Assembly: GCA_050261115.1 (NCBI GenBank)
Contig: JBLNCY010000053.1
Coordinates: 1-64,000 of the forward strand
Source of the DNA: Methanocella sp.
Lineage (GTDB): Archaea > Thermoproteota > Bathyarchaeia > Bathyarchaeales > Bathycorpusculaceae
Direction of reading: 5' to 3'
DNA: 64,000 nucleotides
The notes beneath the pieces were generated by a model, which was not told where the DNA came from, searched no databases, and saw only the letters and a list, made by a program, of their open reading frames with translations. A program made the translations under genes and the position numbers. Below are positions 28,008-38,260 of this stretch, one piece after another (positions within the stretch are counted from its first letter, which is position 1; each line of letters starts with the position of its first letter).

Positions 28008-30290
28008 TTGCGCGTTAAACTCTTGGTTTTGGGCATTGTGCAGGGCGTCGGCTTTCGCCCCTTCATCTACCGCACCGCCGTAAAGCATGGCTTAGCAGGC
28101 TATGTACGGAACCGCGGCGACGCAGGGGTAGAAATAGCCCTCGAAGGTGAAAAACAAAACATCGACGCCTTCACGGCTGATTTAGTTGCCGAGAAACCCA
28201 TCCAAGCACGCATCGACCAAATTAAAAGCACCCAACTAACAGGTCCTAACCAGTACCACAACTTCACCATAATCCCAAGTTCCCAAGATGCCGAGCAATC
28301 TGGCTCCATCATTCCCCCCGACATAGCCATCTGCGACTCCTGCCTTCGAGAACTCCACGATCCCCAAAACCCCCGTCACGACTACTTCTTCATAACCTGC
28401 ACAGACTGCGGCCCCCGTTTCACCACAATCGAACGCCTACCCTACGACCGAGAAAACACAACCATGCGTGAATTCCCCCTTTGTGACTTTTGTAGGCAAG
28501 AATACTTTGACCCTCTGAATCGGCGTTTCCATGCCCAGACAGTGGCAGACTCGACCTGCGGACCCAAAGTTTACCTCACAACCAACACGGGCAAAGCAGT
28601 AGAGACCCCCGACCCCATCAGGTTAGCGGGGAAACTGCTCTCAGAAGGCAAGATATTGGCAGTTAAAGGCTATGGTGGCTTTCACATAGCATCATCCACC
28701 ACGCTTGATGCGCCTTTGCTGCGTCTCCGAGGAACAAAACACCGCAAAGAGAAGCCCTTTGCAATTATGGCACGCGACTTGGAGGCAGCCAAAACCATCG
28801 GCGAAGTCACACAAGCAGCCGAGACGCTTCTAACTTCACCACAACGCCCTATCGTCTTGCTAAATAAAGCCGCCGGCTACAACCTCTCGCCCTATGTGGC
28901 GCCGGGTCTCCAAAATGTTGGCGTCATGCTACCCTACACAGGTTTGCATTACATGCTCTTTGACCAAGTGTCTGATGCGGCTTTTGTGATGACCAGCGCC
29001 AACCCGCCTAACCAACCTATCGTCAAAGACAACGACGAAGCACTCAAAATCCTCGGCGGTACTGTCGATTACTTCATGTTCCATAACCGCAAAATCGCCC
29101 ATCGATGTGATGACTCTGTTATGCGTCTTCACGGCAGCCGCCCAGTGTTTTTACGGCGAAGCCGCGGATATGCCCCCGCACCAATCAGATTAAAGACTAA
29201 AGCTAAGGGGTGTGTGGTTGGTTTAGGCGGCGAACTAAACAATACGGCCACGGTACTTTTTGAGGATAAGGCGTTTATCAGCCAACATATAGGTGACGTT
29301 GAGAATCTTGAAACCCTAGCTTTCCTCCAAGAAGCCACCGGTCACCTCCAGCACTTGACCAACACTCACGCTGAAGTAGTGGCCTGTGATTTGCATCCCA
29401 AATTTAACACGACACAGTTAGCTAAAGAGATGGCTGAGTCAGCGGGGCTGCCGCTTGTTCAGGTGCAGCATCATCACGCTCATGCCGCTGCATTGCTTGC
29501 TGAACATGGGTTAGATGGGCTGGTCGCGATAACCTGTGACGGCTACGGATATGGCCTGGACGGCAGGGCTTGGGGCGGAGAAATCTTGTACTGTACCAGC
29601 CAGTCAGCGGAGTTTAGGCGATTGGCGCATCTTGAGCCTCAGCTTTTACTCGGCGGAGACTTAGCCAGCCGATATCCCACGCGACTCACAGCCGCTATGC
29701 TACATAAAGCAGGCATAGACCCCAGCATGTGGCTGGTCCAGAACAGTAACATGCTACCCTACGGTGCTACGGAAACTCAACTGATTCTAAGCCAGCTTGA
29801 AAAGGGCACAGGTGGACCGCAAACCAGCAGCTGCGGGAGGATGCTGGATGCTGTCTCGGCGCTTCTGGGTGTATGCGCGGTTCGGAGTTATGAGGGTGAA
29901 CCAGCGATGAAGCTGGAGTCTGCTGCGTTAGGTGGCAGCGATGTCTTGCAGCTTAAGCCCCGAATCGCTGGAGGCGTCCTCGAAACCTCTATCCTCATTA
30001 GAGCGCTCTACGAGAGCCTTGGGCAGGTGTCTATTGCCGATTTAGCCTACAGCGCCCACGCCTACCTCGCACGGGGCTTAGCCGCCCTAGCCATAGAACA
30101 AGCCAAAATCCAAGGAACAAAAAACGTCGGCTTTACGGGAGGCGCAGCCTCCAACCAAATCCTCGCCGAAACCATCCGAGAGGCAGTTGGGGCTGCGGGG
30201 CTTAGGTTCTATGTGCATGAAGCTGTTCCGGCAGGTGATGGGGGCGTTTCGTTTGGTCAGGCAATTGTAGCATCAAACTCAGGATTTTAG
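28008..30290 (+). CDS. hypF: Hydrogenase maturation carbamoyltransferase
   Basis: GIVQGVGFRPF, CxxC zinc fingers, RRFHAQ, QHHHAH, GDGGVSFGQ. Confidence 0.96.
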   Translation: MRVKLLVLGIVQGVGFRPFIYRTAVKHGLAGYVRNRGDAGVEIALEGEKQNIDAFTADLVAEKPIQARIDQIKSTQLTGPNQYHNFTIIPSSQDAEQSGSIIPPDIAICDSCLRELHDPQNPRHDYFFITCTDCGPRFTTIERLPYDRENTTMREFPLCDFCRQEYFDPLNRRFHAQTVADSTCGPKVYLTTNTGKAVETPDPIRLAGKLLSEGKILAVKGYGGFHIASSTTLDAPLLRLRGTKHRKEKPFAIMARDLEAAKTIGEVTQAAETLLTSPQRPIVLLNKAAGYNLSPYVAPGLQNVGVMLPYTGLHYMLFDQVSDAAFVMTSANPPNQPIVKDNDEALKILGGTVDYFMFHNRKIAHRCDDSVMRLHGSRPVFLRRSRGYAPAPIRLKTKAKGCVVGLGGELNNTATVLFEDKAFISQHIGDVENLETLAFLQEATGHLQHLTNTHAEVVACDLHPKFNTTQLAKEMAESAGLPLVQVQHHHAHAAALLAEHGLDGLVAITCDGYGYGLDGRAWGGEILYCTSQSAEFRRLAHLEPQLLLGGDLASRYPTRLTAAMLHKAGIDPSMWLVQNSNMLPYGATETQLILSQLEKGTGGPQTSSCGRMLDAVSALLGVCAVRSYEGEPAMKLESAALGGSDVLQLKPRIAGGVLETSILIRALYESLGQVSIADLAYSAHAYLARGLAALAIEQAKIQGTKNVGFTGGAASNQILAETIREAVGAAGLRFYVHEAVPAGDGGVSFGQAIVASNSGF

Positions 30291-30341
30291 ACCAAACTAC
30301 TTTTATCGCTCAAAAACGCCATTCATTGGTATCTGATGTTT

Positions 30342-30569
30342 ATGTGCTTAGCAATTCCTGCAAAAATCATGTCCTTACAAGGCGAGAAAGCCCAAGTTGA
30401 CTTCGGGCAGGGTGTACTGCGGGACGTTAATGTTTCCCTTGTTGAGGCTAAACTAGGTGACTACGTTTTGGTTCATGCGGGCTATGCGATTCAGGTGCTT
30501 GAAGAAAAAGAGGCACTTGAAACCTTGAGCCTCTGGAATGACGTGCTTGCCCAAGCAGGCCAAGAATGA
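30342..30569 (+). CDS. hypC: Hydrogenase assembly chaperone
   Basis: MCLAIP...YVLVHAGYAI. Confidence 0.96.
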   Translation: MCLAIPAKIMSLQGEKAQVDFGQGVLRDVNVSLVEAKLGDYVLVHAGYAIQVLEEKEALETLSLWNDVLAQAGQE

Positions 30570-30579
30570 GGTGCCGTCC

Positions 30580-31671
30580 GTGTCGGATGCGATGCACTTT
30601 AGAAGCCCCCAAGTTGCACAAACCATAGCCCAGAAAATCCGCAACATCGCACCAAAGAAGGAACAGGTAAAAATTTGCCATGTCTGCGGCACACACGAGT
30701 GGACCATTACCCATTTTGGCCTACGCAGCCTGTTGCCCGAGAACGTTGAGGTCATTGCAGGACCAGGGTGCCCTGTCTGTATTGTTCCAGCAGCTGAAGT
30801 TGATGAAGCGGTCCAGTTGGCTAAGCAGGGCAAAGTATTGACGTGCTTTGGCGATTTGCTGCGGGTGCCTGGCAGCGAATCTTCACTATTGCAGGCTAGA
30901 GCTGAGGGCGCAGATGTACGCATAGTCTACTCCGTTTCAGACGCTATACAAATGGCAAAGCAAGAGCGCGATAAAGAGTTTGTTTTTCATGCGGTAGGGT
31001 TTGAAACAACCGCGCCCATCACTGCATTGGAGGCGTTGGGTGATTTGCCTGAGAACTTTAGTTTCCTGGTTTCTCATCGGCTTATCCCACCAGCCATGGA
31101 GCTGCTGCTTGGCGTAGAAGACCTCCAGATTGACGGGTTCATCGCTCCCGGCCACGTAAGCGCCATAATCGGACTTAAACCCTACGAATTATTCACAAAG
31201 GTTTACCGTATGCCCACAGTCATCGCTGGGTTTGAACCAAACGATGTCCTGATGGCGGTTTACATGATTCTTAGGCAGTATAGCACAGGCGAGGTGGAAT
31301 TGGAAAACGAGTACTCCCGTGTCGTTAAGCCAGATGGCAACAAGAAGGCGCTGGAAGTCATGCGGAAAGCTTTCAAAGTTACCGAGGGAAACTGGCGTGG
31401 CATCGGATCGCTGGAGAATTCTGCTTATGCGCTTCGGGATTCGCTCTCACAGTATGATGCCCGCAAAAAATATGGTATCGTGCAGGTCTCGGGTAAAGAT
31501 ATTCAGGTGGGTTGCCAATGTCACAATATCATCGTGGGCAAAATTAAACCCGACCAATGCCCCCTGTTCCTTAGGGCCTGCACACCTGCTACTCCTGTCG
31601 GCGCCTGCATGGTTGGCAACGAGGGGACATGCCGCGTCTGGGCTAAGAATGTTGCTGCAAACAACCCCTAA
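30580..31671 (+). CDS. hypD: Hydrogenase formation protein
   Basis: CGTH, GPGCPVC, GFETT, PGHVS, GACMV; GAGGTG SD before GTG 30580. Confidence 0.95.
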   Translation: MSDAMHFRSPQVAQTIAQKIRNIAPKKEQVKICHVCGTHEWTITHFGLRSLLPENVEVIAGPGCPVCIVPAAEVDEAVQLAKQGKVLTCFGDLLRVPGSESSLLQARAEGADVRIVYSVSDAIQMAKQERDKEFVFHAVGFETTAPITALEALGDLPENFSFLVSHRLIPPAMELLLGVEDLQIDGFIAPGHVSAIIGLKPYELFTKVYRMPTVIAGFEPNDVLMAVYMILRQYSTGEVELENEYSRVVKPDGNKKALEVMRKAFKVTEGNWRGIGSLENSAYALRDSLSQYDARKKYGIVQVSGKDIQVGCQCHNIIVGKIKPDQCPLFLRACTPATPVGACMVGNEGTCRVWAKNVAANNP

Positions 31672-31686
31672 ACCTGCCGCTGCCGG

Positions 31687-31803
31687 TTAGTGGCACCAGC
31701 AGCGTTTCTCTTTTTTGTGCGCCTTGGCCGCTAGAGCTAAACCAGTCACCATCATAAACAGCCCAAAACCTGCAACTGCCAGATACTTCTTGTAATGATT
31801 CAT
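31687..31803 (-). CDS. 38-aa single-TM peptide ending CWCH (absent from the ORF track)
   Basis: MNHYKKYLAVAGFGLFMMVTGLALAAKAHKKEKRCWCH; GGTGA SD upstream. Confidence 0.55.
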   Translation of the reverse strand: MNHYKKYLAVAGFGLFMMVTGLALAAKAHKKEKRCWCH

Positions 31804-31944
31804 AGAATTCACCACAGAAAAGCACGGTCAAATTCTAATAAAGCGTTGTTGTTGCACCTACGAGCACCCAAAAAACGCAAAAACACAGTTAAAATCAACC
31901 TAACAGATCAGCCAACAAAGCAGTGACGTCACAAAGGCGCCTTT

Positions 31945-32016
31945 CAAGTGTGGTTGAACCTGTGGTTGGTTCCATATATAAGAGGGATCCTCTGTGAGAG
32001 CAATAAACTGCAGCAT
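31945..32016 (+). repeat. Dispersed intergenic repeat, copy 2
   Basis: GTTGAACCTGTGGTTGGTTCCATATATAAGAGGGATCCTCTGTGAGAGCAATAAAC; closest match is the reverse complement of 37322-37397. Confidence 0.6.
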
Positions 32017-32174
32017 AGACGTCTCGAATATGCGAACTGCTTACAGAACAAGGTGTCAGCAATCGATGGCAAACGCCGACGATAAATAACATTGGAAAAA
32101 GCAGTGATTCATAAAAAGAATAGGTCAAAAAATATAATCGACATAAAGGAAAGTTATGCCAAAAAAGTGGCTGT

Positions 32175-32375
32175 TTATCGGATTGCTTCGTCTATTCGGA
32201 GCCTTTGTTTAGTGCTGGTGACTTCTCGGAATAGCTCCAAACATTCTTCCTTAGTGGGCGCCTCAATACATATGCTGCCGTAAGCGCCTATGTCTATACG
32301 GTAATTACGTTCCTTACGCTCGAATTCTTCAAGTTGTGCTATACCATATACCCCCTCTCGGAATATTATCAACAC
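32175..32375 (-). CDS. Small hypothetical protein
   Basis: Protein-like composition (EFERKERNYRIDIG...EAPTKEECLELFREV); start uncertain. Confidence 0.5.
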   Translation of the reverse strand: MLIIFREGVYGIAQLEEFERKERNYRIDIGAYGSICIEAPTKEECLELFREVTSTKQRLRIDEAIR

Positions 32376-32625
32376 TATATTGCACCATTTTTTATATTCT
32401 TAATGTCGTACGAGGGGTATGCTGCTTGCTAACGCTAACTTGTATAGCCATAAGTGAATCAAACTAAACATTATTCGAAGAGAGGGGGAGCCCCTTAAAC
32501 GCGGGTAAGGAAGTTCAGGTAGAGAGAGGGAGAGAAAACCACGTTTAAGCCGGCTTTCCACTTCTTGCAACAATATGCCCAGACGCGGCATAAATAACAA
32601 TGTGGCTACATCGTCACTACAACAA

Positions 32626-33000
32626 TCATCGAGAAATTGATTGCAAAACCTCAGCTTTCCACGGCCGAATCACGCCCGAACTATCCCAATACGCGCAGCA
32701 CATCCGAATGGTGACATACATCTGGATTGATGGGTGATTACAGAACTTTTTACTAATGACCTCGCTCTGTGATCCCCCAGGCAAGGTAATAAGATCTGCT
32801 TTTTGAGCCCTCTGCATCTCTTCAGGAGACTGCGGGTTTAAGCCGCCCTGACTGTTTAAGATAGCTTGATCTACCGGTTCAGGGCTCTTGGAAACGTACA
32901 TGCAGTTGAAGCAGTTTGTGCCAACTATCTTCGGGTTTTCCATCGCTGTAAAATCCATCCAAAACAAGGAGTTGGTCAGGTTGAGCCTAAACCCCAGCAC
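32626..33000 (-). CDS. Cys-rich hypothetical protein (possible Fe-S or Zn binder)
   Basis: GTNCFNCMY...FCNHP...MCCAYW; start probably at an internal ATG. Confidence 0.55.
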   Translation of the reverse strand: MLGFRLNLTNSLFWMDFTAMENPKIVGTNCFNCMYVSKSPEPVDQAILNSQGGLNPQSPEEMQRAQKADLITLPGGSQSEVISKKFCNHPSIQMYVTIRMCCAYWDSSGVIRPWKAEVLQSISR

Positions 33001-33170
33001 ATATCCCTACTGATTCAGCACACACCGTACTTCGCCGAAACGTTTCAGATAGTTGCCTACTCAGTCTGGATACTACTTGAGGCGTGTTCCTCAACCTGAC
33101 ACAATTATACCAAGAGTCCTAATCGGATATAATGATATGTTGGCACCACATGTTACTATCCAACAGCACG

Positions 33171-34235
33171 TTAGCAGATTCTGGGCACAGGATCACCCAC
33201 GGGCCGCGCAATAATGCGTTTCCCACCCACCAGCGTCTGCATCGCCACGCCCCTAAACTCTGCAGAGGCTTCTCCGATAATCTGTGCCTCTCTCCCCTGT
33301 GGCGTCTGATGCAGAAACTCTAGCAACTCATCTGCTTTGTTGGGAACTACGCCTATGATGAGTTTACCTTCATTGCCAATCTCAAGTGGATCTAACCCTA
33401 GCATCTCACAAGCCGCCGCCACATCGCGATGGACTGGGATTTTTTCTTCATAGGTTAGGATACCTATCTTTGATTTCTCTGTCCATTCGTTAAGAGCATC
33501 TGCTAACCCGCCCCGCGTGGGGTCCTTCATGGCTACTATGCCGCCGACTTGTCCCAACATTTTCTGAACCACACCATTGAGGGGTTGCACGTCAGAACGT
33601 ATCTCGCTGCCAAACTTTAAGCCCTGCTGAGCCGAAAGCACCGCGATTCCATGATCACCAATAGCGCCAGTTAGGATGATTTTGTCGCCTGCAGTGAGGT
33701 TTGAGTCTAAAATCCAGCGGGCCTTGAGTTCACGGGTTCTGCGGACTACCTCAAGGTTATAGTCCAAGGCTGCAGTTCGTTTACCGATGCCTGAGAGGTT
33801 CATCACAAGGCCGCCTAGGGCGCCTTTTTCCACTACTTTTGTATCGCCGGTGACGATGCTGACGCCTGCCTCAAGACAAGCCACACGCATACTATCTAAA
33901 ACCCGCTGAAAATCCGCAAGCCGTAAGCCTTCCTCTAAGACAAGTCCACATGCCAAGGCATAGGGCTGTGCACCTAAACAGCTTATGTCGTTCACGGTGC
34001 CTGAAATGGCGATTCGGCCAATGTCGCCTCCTGGGAAAAAAATAGGCTTTACCGCGTGAGAGTCACTCTTAAAGACGATGTCGCCGACGACTGCTGCGTC
34101 ATCCATAGCTTCCAGCGGAACCTCCGTGTTTGCGGTGCCGCCGAAGGCTTTCACGATGTAGTTCTTGACGAGGTCATGCATGACTGTTCCGCCTGCGCCA
34201 TGCATCATGGTGATTTTTTCATCTTTATTTGCCAT
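33171..34235 (-). CDS. hypE: Hydrogenase expression/formation protein
   Basis: HGAGG, FFPGGDIG, GTVND, GDTKVV, DPTRGG, C-terminal PRIC. Confidence 0.96.
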   Translation of the reverse strand: MANKDEKITMMHGAGGTVMHDLVKNYIVKAFGGTANTEVPLEAMDDAAVVGDIVFKSDSHAVKPIFFPGGDIGRIAISGTVNDISCLGAQPYALACGLVLEEGLRLADFQRVLDSMRVACLEAGVSIVTGDTKVVEKGALGGLVMNLSGIGKRTAALDYNLEVVRRTRELKARWILDSNLTAGDKIILTGAIGDHGIAVLSAQQGLKFGSEIRSDVQPLNGVVQKMLGQVGGIVAMKDPTRGGLADALNEWTEKSKIGILTYEEKIPVHRDVAAACEMLGLDPLEIGNEGKLIIGVVPNKADELLEFLHQTPQGREAQIIGEASAEFRGVAMQTLVGGKRIIARPVGDPVPRIC

Positions 34236-34387
34236 AACCGTGCTTCCTAACAGGCTATAAGCAGATACACCAAGCGAGGCACATAAACAAATCGCAGCAC
34301 AAGAATTACGCAAGGGTTACTGAAGTTGTTCAATAACACTTTTTAAGCAAATCCCTCGAGTATAAGGTAAATCGAGAGAGGAGTAGC

Positions 34388-34825
34388 ATGGCAAACCAGC
34401 AAATAAGTAACCCTCCAACTGCAGCTTATTATTTAACCCTAATCGGCGGCATCTTAGGGGCAATAGTTGGTATATTCACTCTATTCATTATTGTTGGCGT
34501 CTGGATTATAATTGCAAATGTGTTGATGATTATTTTTGCACAGCGTCTCATGAACCAGCCAAATGAGTACTCAAAATACGGGACCTACATCATAGTGCTA
34601 TCAATACTGGGCGGCCTCAACATACTATGCCTAATAGGCGGCATACTTGCATTAACCTACCGTCCTACACTTACAGCACAACAACCATACTACCAACCAT
34701 ACACTCAGCCAACCTCCGCTCAGCCTGTACAGTATGCTTCCTCAAAGTACTGTCCACAATGCGGCAACGCAGTCGGCGCTGAAGCCCAATACTGCCCCAA
34801 ATGCGGCACAAAAATGCCAATCTAA
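34388..34825 (+). CDS. Membrane protein with C-terminal zinc ribbon
   Basis: TM helices, Q/P-rich linker, YCPQCG...YCPKCG; GGAG SD. Confidence 0.8.
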   Translation: MANQQISNPPTAAYYLTLIGGILGAIVGIFTLFIIVGVWIIIANVLMIIFAQRLMNQPNEYSKYGTYIIVLSILGGLNILCLIGGILALTYRPTLTAQQPYYQPYTQPTSAQPVQYASSKYCPQCGNAVGAEAQYCPKCGTKMPI

Positions 34826-35154
34826 CCCTCCACTATTTTCCATTAAAAGAAAATAAAGGAGTCTTTCCTCCCCAAATTTTTGAATTGAGGATTTATTGTA
34901 GTTCATTGGTGTAGCAAGTAATGCGATGCTATGTTAGCAGTAGTGGCATGAATATGATACAGAAACTATAATCAAAATGCGATAACAACGCCTAAAACAA
35001 CAGTAGCGCTATAAACCCTCATGGGGCCCTTGCTTTATTAACCAAAATAAACGGTTGGCTGCCGCTTGAATCTGATTTTATGCATAATTTAAAATAACCC
35101 TTTCCGTTTATATCAGAGAAACACTAAAGAAACAGGCATACAGGGGAAACTTGA

Positions 35155-35355
35155 ATGAATGATGAGCACGTTTCATACTGGGCTTCATTTATAGAGCGAA
35201 TATTCGGCATTGTCCTAATTGTACTGGGCGTAGTTTTGCTTTACTTGACCGTCACTACGGCAGCTTTGGGCACCTTCATAGCATTCTTTAGTGTAGTCAG
35301 CGTAGTGTTGGTTATTATTGGTGTCTTTTTACTCTTGGTTAAACCTAAAGAGTAA
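35155..35355 (+). CDS. Small two-TM membrane protein
   Basis: Two hydrophobic helices; purine-rich sequence before the ATG. Confidence 0.65.
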   Translation: MNDEHVSYWASFIERIFGIVLIVLGVVLLYLTVTTAALGTFIAFFSVVSVVLVIIGVFLLLVKPKE

Positions 35356-35528
35356 CCGATATCCCTCTCCCTTGATTTTGTTGTTCTTTTTTGGTCACAG
35401 TTCTGCACGGTGAATATTGGCTGATGGGTTGGCAAAACCCTCATTAGCACCCAAACACAAAATAAAATGTACATATTTATGTAAGCGACACAATAGAATT
35501 CAACTTACCGTTATAGGAGAAACCCAAG

Positions 35529-37316
35529 TTGCCCATACGTCAACCCATAGTCTGTGTTTTAGGACACGTAGATTCAGGTAAAACCTCACTGCTTGATGAA
35601 CTTCGTAAAACTAATGTTCAGCACCGCGAAGCCGGCGGCATGACCCAGCACATCGGCGCTAGCTTCTTCCCGGTTGAAACCCTAAAGCAACTTATCGGAC
35701 CCTATATGGGCAACTTCAAAACCGGCATCGAAATACCCGGTCTTCTTATCGTCGATACCCCTGGTCACGAAGCTTTCACTAATCTGAGGCGTAGGGGCGG
35801 ATCAGTAGCTGACATCGCTATACTTGTTGTTAATGCTGTGCGTGGCTTTGAGGCTCAAACGCATGAGTGTATCGAGATTTTAAAAGCAAAAAGAACTCCC
35901 TTTATTGTAGCTGTTAACCAAATTGACCGTATTCCCGGCTGGAAAGCCAACGATCATGCGCCTTTTCTGAAAAGCTTTGCCGCGCAGTCAAGTTTTGTTC
36001 AAGAGGAACTAAATAACAGCCTCTATCGCGTGATGGGCGAGTTTAGTCGTTTGCAATTTAAAACCGACCGCTTTGACCACATCAAAGATTTCACCCAGAA
36101 CGTTGCGCTTGTTCCAACAAGCGCCAAGACTGGTGAGGGCCTTGCGGAGTTGGTTATGGTGCTTGTTGGGTTAACTCAGCAGTTCCTTAAAAAACGTCTG
36201 CAAACCGCCGAGGGTCCAGCAAAGGGCTCTATACTTGAGGTCAAAGAGGAACCCGGCTTAGGCATGACGCTGAACACGATTGTCTATGACGGTACACTGC
36301 GCAAAGATGACTTAGTGGTAGTTGGCGGTAAACATGGTCCCATATCTGCGCGGGTTCGCACGATTTTGGTGCCTAAACCCCTCGATGAGATGCGTGATCC
36401 ACGAGACAAATTCACGGGGGTTGAATGCGTTTATGCCAGTGCGGGAGTCAAAATTGTTGCGCCTGGCTTAGAGGAGGCGTTAGCGGGTGCGCCTTTGTTT
36501 GCGGTTCCACATGATGAATCGGTGGAAAAGTATTGTCAATTAATCACTGAGGAAGTTGGCAGAGTCAGAATCACCAAAGAAATAGATGGCGTCATAGCCA
36601 AAGCAGATACCCTTGGGTCACTTGAGGCTATGGCTGAAATCCTAAAAGCCAACGGCGTGCAGGTTCGAAGCGCAGACATCGGTGATATCAGCAAACGTGA
36701 CGTAATAGAAGCCTCGGTTGTAAAGCAACGTGACCCGCTTGCTGGCGCTATCCTCGCGTTTGGCGTAAAGATGTTGCCTGACGCTGAAGTGGAGGCTGAG
36801 GCAAACGGCATAAAAGTCTTCCGAGACCCCATCATCTACAACTTGATTGACAACTATCTTCAATGGGTAAAGGAAAAGAAGGAACGCAAGGACCAAGAAG
36901 AATTCGATGCACTCATAAAACCCGGCAAAGTCATGGTGCTGCCCAGATGTATTTTCCGCCGTGCTAAACCTCTGGTTGCGGGTGTGGAAGTTCAAGCTGG
37001 CAGAGTTAGACAGAAGGTCTCCCTTATCCGCGCAGAAGATGGGGAGGATTTAGGTGAAATCCAGCAGATTCAAGAGGAAGGTAAAGCGATTCCTGAAGCC
37101 AAGCAGGGTATGCAGGTGGCGATTTCTATGGAGAAACCGATTGCAGGCCGCCACATCTTTGAAGGCGACGTGCTGTATGTGAAGGTTCCGGAGAATGATG
37201 CTAAATTGCTTTTGACGACTCATCTTGATGATTTGAATGCTCAAGAGCAAGAGTTGCTCAAGGAATACGTTAACATGATGCGCAAAAAGGTGCCGTTTTG
37301 GGCAGGCGTCATGTAA
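35529..37316 (+). CDS. infB: Translation initiation factor aIF5B / IF-2
   Basis: RQPIVCVLGHVDSGKT, TQHIGA, DTPGHEAF, KADTLGSLEA. Confidence 0.97.
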   Translation: MPIRQPIVCVLGHVDSGKTSLLDELRKTNVQHREAGGMTQHIGASFFPVETLKQLIGPYMGNFKTGIEIPGLLIVDTPGHEAFTNLRRRGGSVADIAILVVNAVRGFEAQTHECIEILKAKRTPFIVAVNQIDRIPGWKANDHAPFLKSFAAQSSFVQEELNNSLYRVMGEFSRLQFKTDRFDHIKDFTQNVALVPTSAKTGEGLAELVMVLVGLTQQFLKKRLQTAEGPAKGSILEVKEEPGLGMTLNTIVYDGTLRKDDLVVVGGKHGPISARVRTILVPKPLDEMRDPRDKFTGVECVYASAGVKIVAPGLEEALAGAPLFAVPHDESVEKYCQLITEEVGRVRITKEIDGVIAKADTLGSLEAMAEILKANGVQVRSADIGDISKRDVIEASVVKQRDPLAGAILAFGVKMLPDAEVEAEANGIKVFRDPIIYNLIDNYLQWVKEKKERKDQEEFDALIKPGKVMVLPRCIFRRAKPLVAGVEVQAGRVRQKVSLIRAEDGEDLGEIQQIQEEGKAIPEAKQGMQVAISMEKPIAGRHIFEGDVLYVKVPENDAKLLLTTHLDDLNAQEQELLKEYVNMMRKKVPFWAGVM

Positions 37317-37321
37317 CCTAT

Positions 37322-37397
37322 AGTGCTGGTGTCTGTTGCTCTCACAGGGACCCCCTCCCTTATATATAGAGTCAATTTAGGGTTCAACTCTTGCTTG
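37322..37397 (-). repeat. Dispersed intergenic repeat, copy 3
   Basis: Minus strand reads GTTGAACCCTAAATTGACTCTATATATAAGGGAGGGGGTCCCTGTGAGAGCAACAGAC. Confidence 0.6.
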
Positions 37398-37565
37398 CAA
37401 TAGATTGTGGCTGTCTTAGCGGATTCTTTGCACTGTTTGGTCGCTTATCTTACCGTCGATGTATAGTCGCTTAAGCGGAAAAATTAGAGGTGGTCAAATA
37501 ACCTTTAAATTCCGCGCAAGTCAGAGAAAAGGTGCAAACCAGCCATAAGCGGCTGGTCATTATGT

Positions 37566-37680
37566 GCCGAGGTCTCCTAGCCCGGCAGGGAGCAAGCCTG
37601 GAGATTCACCTCTTCAGGTGGTACCTGACAGCTTGTGGCCTCTCGGGGCCACGGGGGTTCAAATCCCCCTCTCGGCGCCA
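37566..37680 (+). tRNA. tRNA-Ser(GGA) with ~26-nt intron at 37/38 (37604-37629)
   Basis: Acceptor GCCGAGG/TCTCGGC, anticodon arm CAAGC-CTGGAG^A-GCTTG, long variable arm GGCCTCTCGGGGCC, TTCAAAT, CCA. Confidence 0.92.
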
Positions 37681-37881
37681 AAAACTTTTGTAATTGCATA
37701 ACTGCTTTTTCTTGTTGGCTGTGGGCTCATATTTTTGCTGGGGGGGGGTCTTTGCTGTGTGTTTAGTCTGGGGAATTGGTTTGCCTTTTAGTATTCTTGT
37801 AAACGCTAGGTTAGTTAGCTATTTACTCATTGGGTGTAAAATTGGTAACGCTTAAGTCCCTTGTTTGTAGTCGATGCTTGT

Positions 37882-38046
37882 ATGGCTAATAAAATCGCTA
37901 TTGGCAGTGGTTTAGGTCTTGTTTTTGGCGCTGCTGTAGGCACTGTGCTGTTTGCTCTAAGCAACAGTTTATGGTATATCCTAGCGGGTGCTGCAGTGGG
38001 CTTGATAGTAGGGATTATCGCAAGCAATATCCCTCACCAAAAGTAA
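37882..38046 (+). CDS. Small Gly-rich two-TM protein
   Basis: MANKIAIGSGLGLVFGAAVG...GAAVGLIVG glycine-zipper pattern. Confidence 0.65.
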   Translation: MANKIAIGSGLGLVFGAAVGTVLFALSNSLWYILAGAAVGLIVGIIASNIPHQK

Positions 38047-38260
38047 AGTGGCTTTCTCTATACTGCCCCATCAGGCATAACATATCTATGATATTAGAAA
38101 CTGCGGTAGTCAATCCTTTTGGTGGATTAAGCTACCTCTCCATGGACTGTTTCTGCGGCGAGTTAATCAGGAGAACGTTATCGAATGGTGCCAACAGCTA
38201 AACCTTCGTTTGCCCAGTATTTAAATTGCTGAAAAATGATGCTGCCCCAGCAAACTCCGT

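Noticed and set aside
37538-37557. Hairpin ACCAGCC/GGCTGGT upstream of tRNA-Ser as a regulatory element
   Set aside because: Only a 7-bp stem; the similar feature before tRNA-Met shares no sequence, so chance cannot be excluded.
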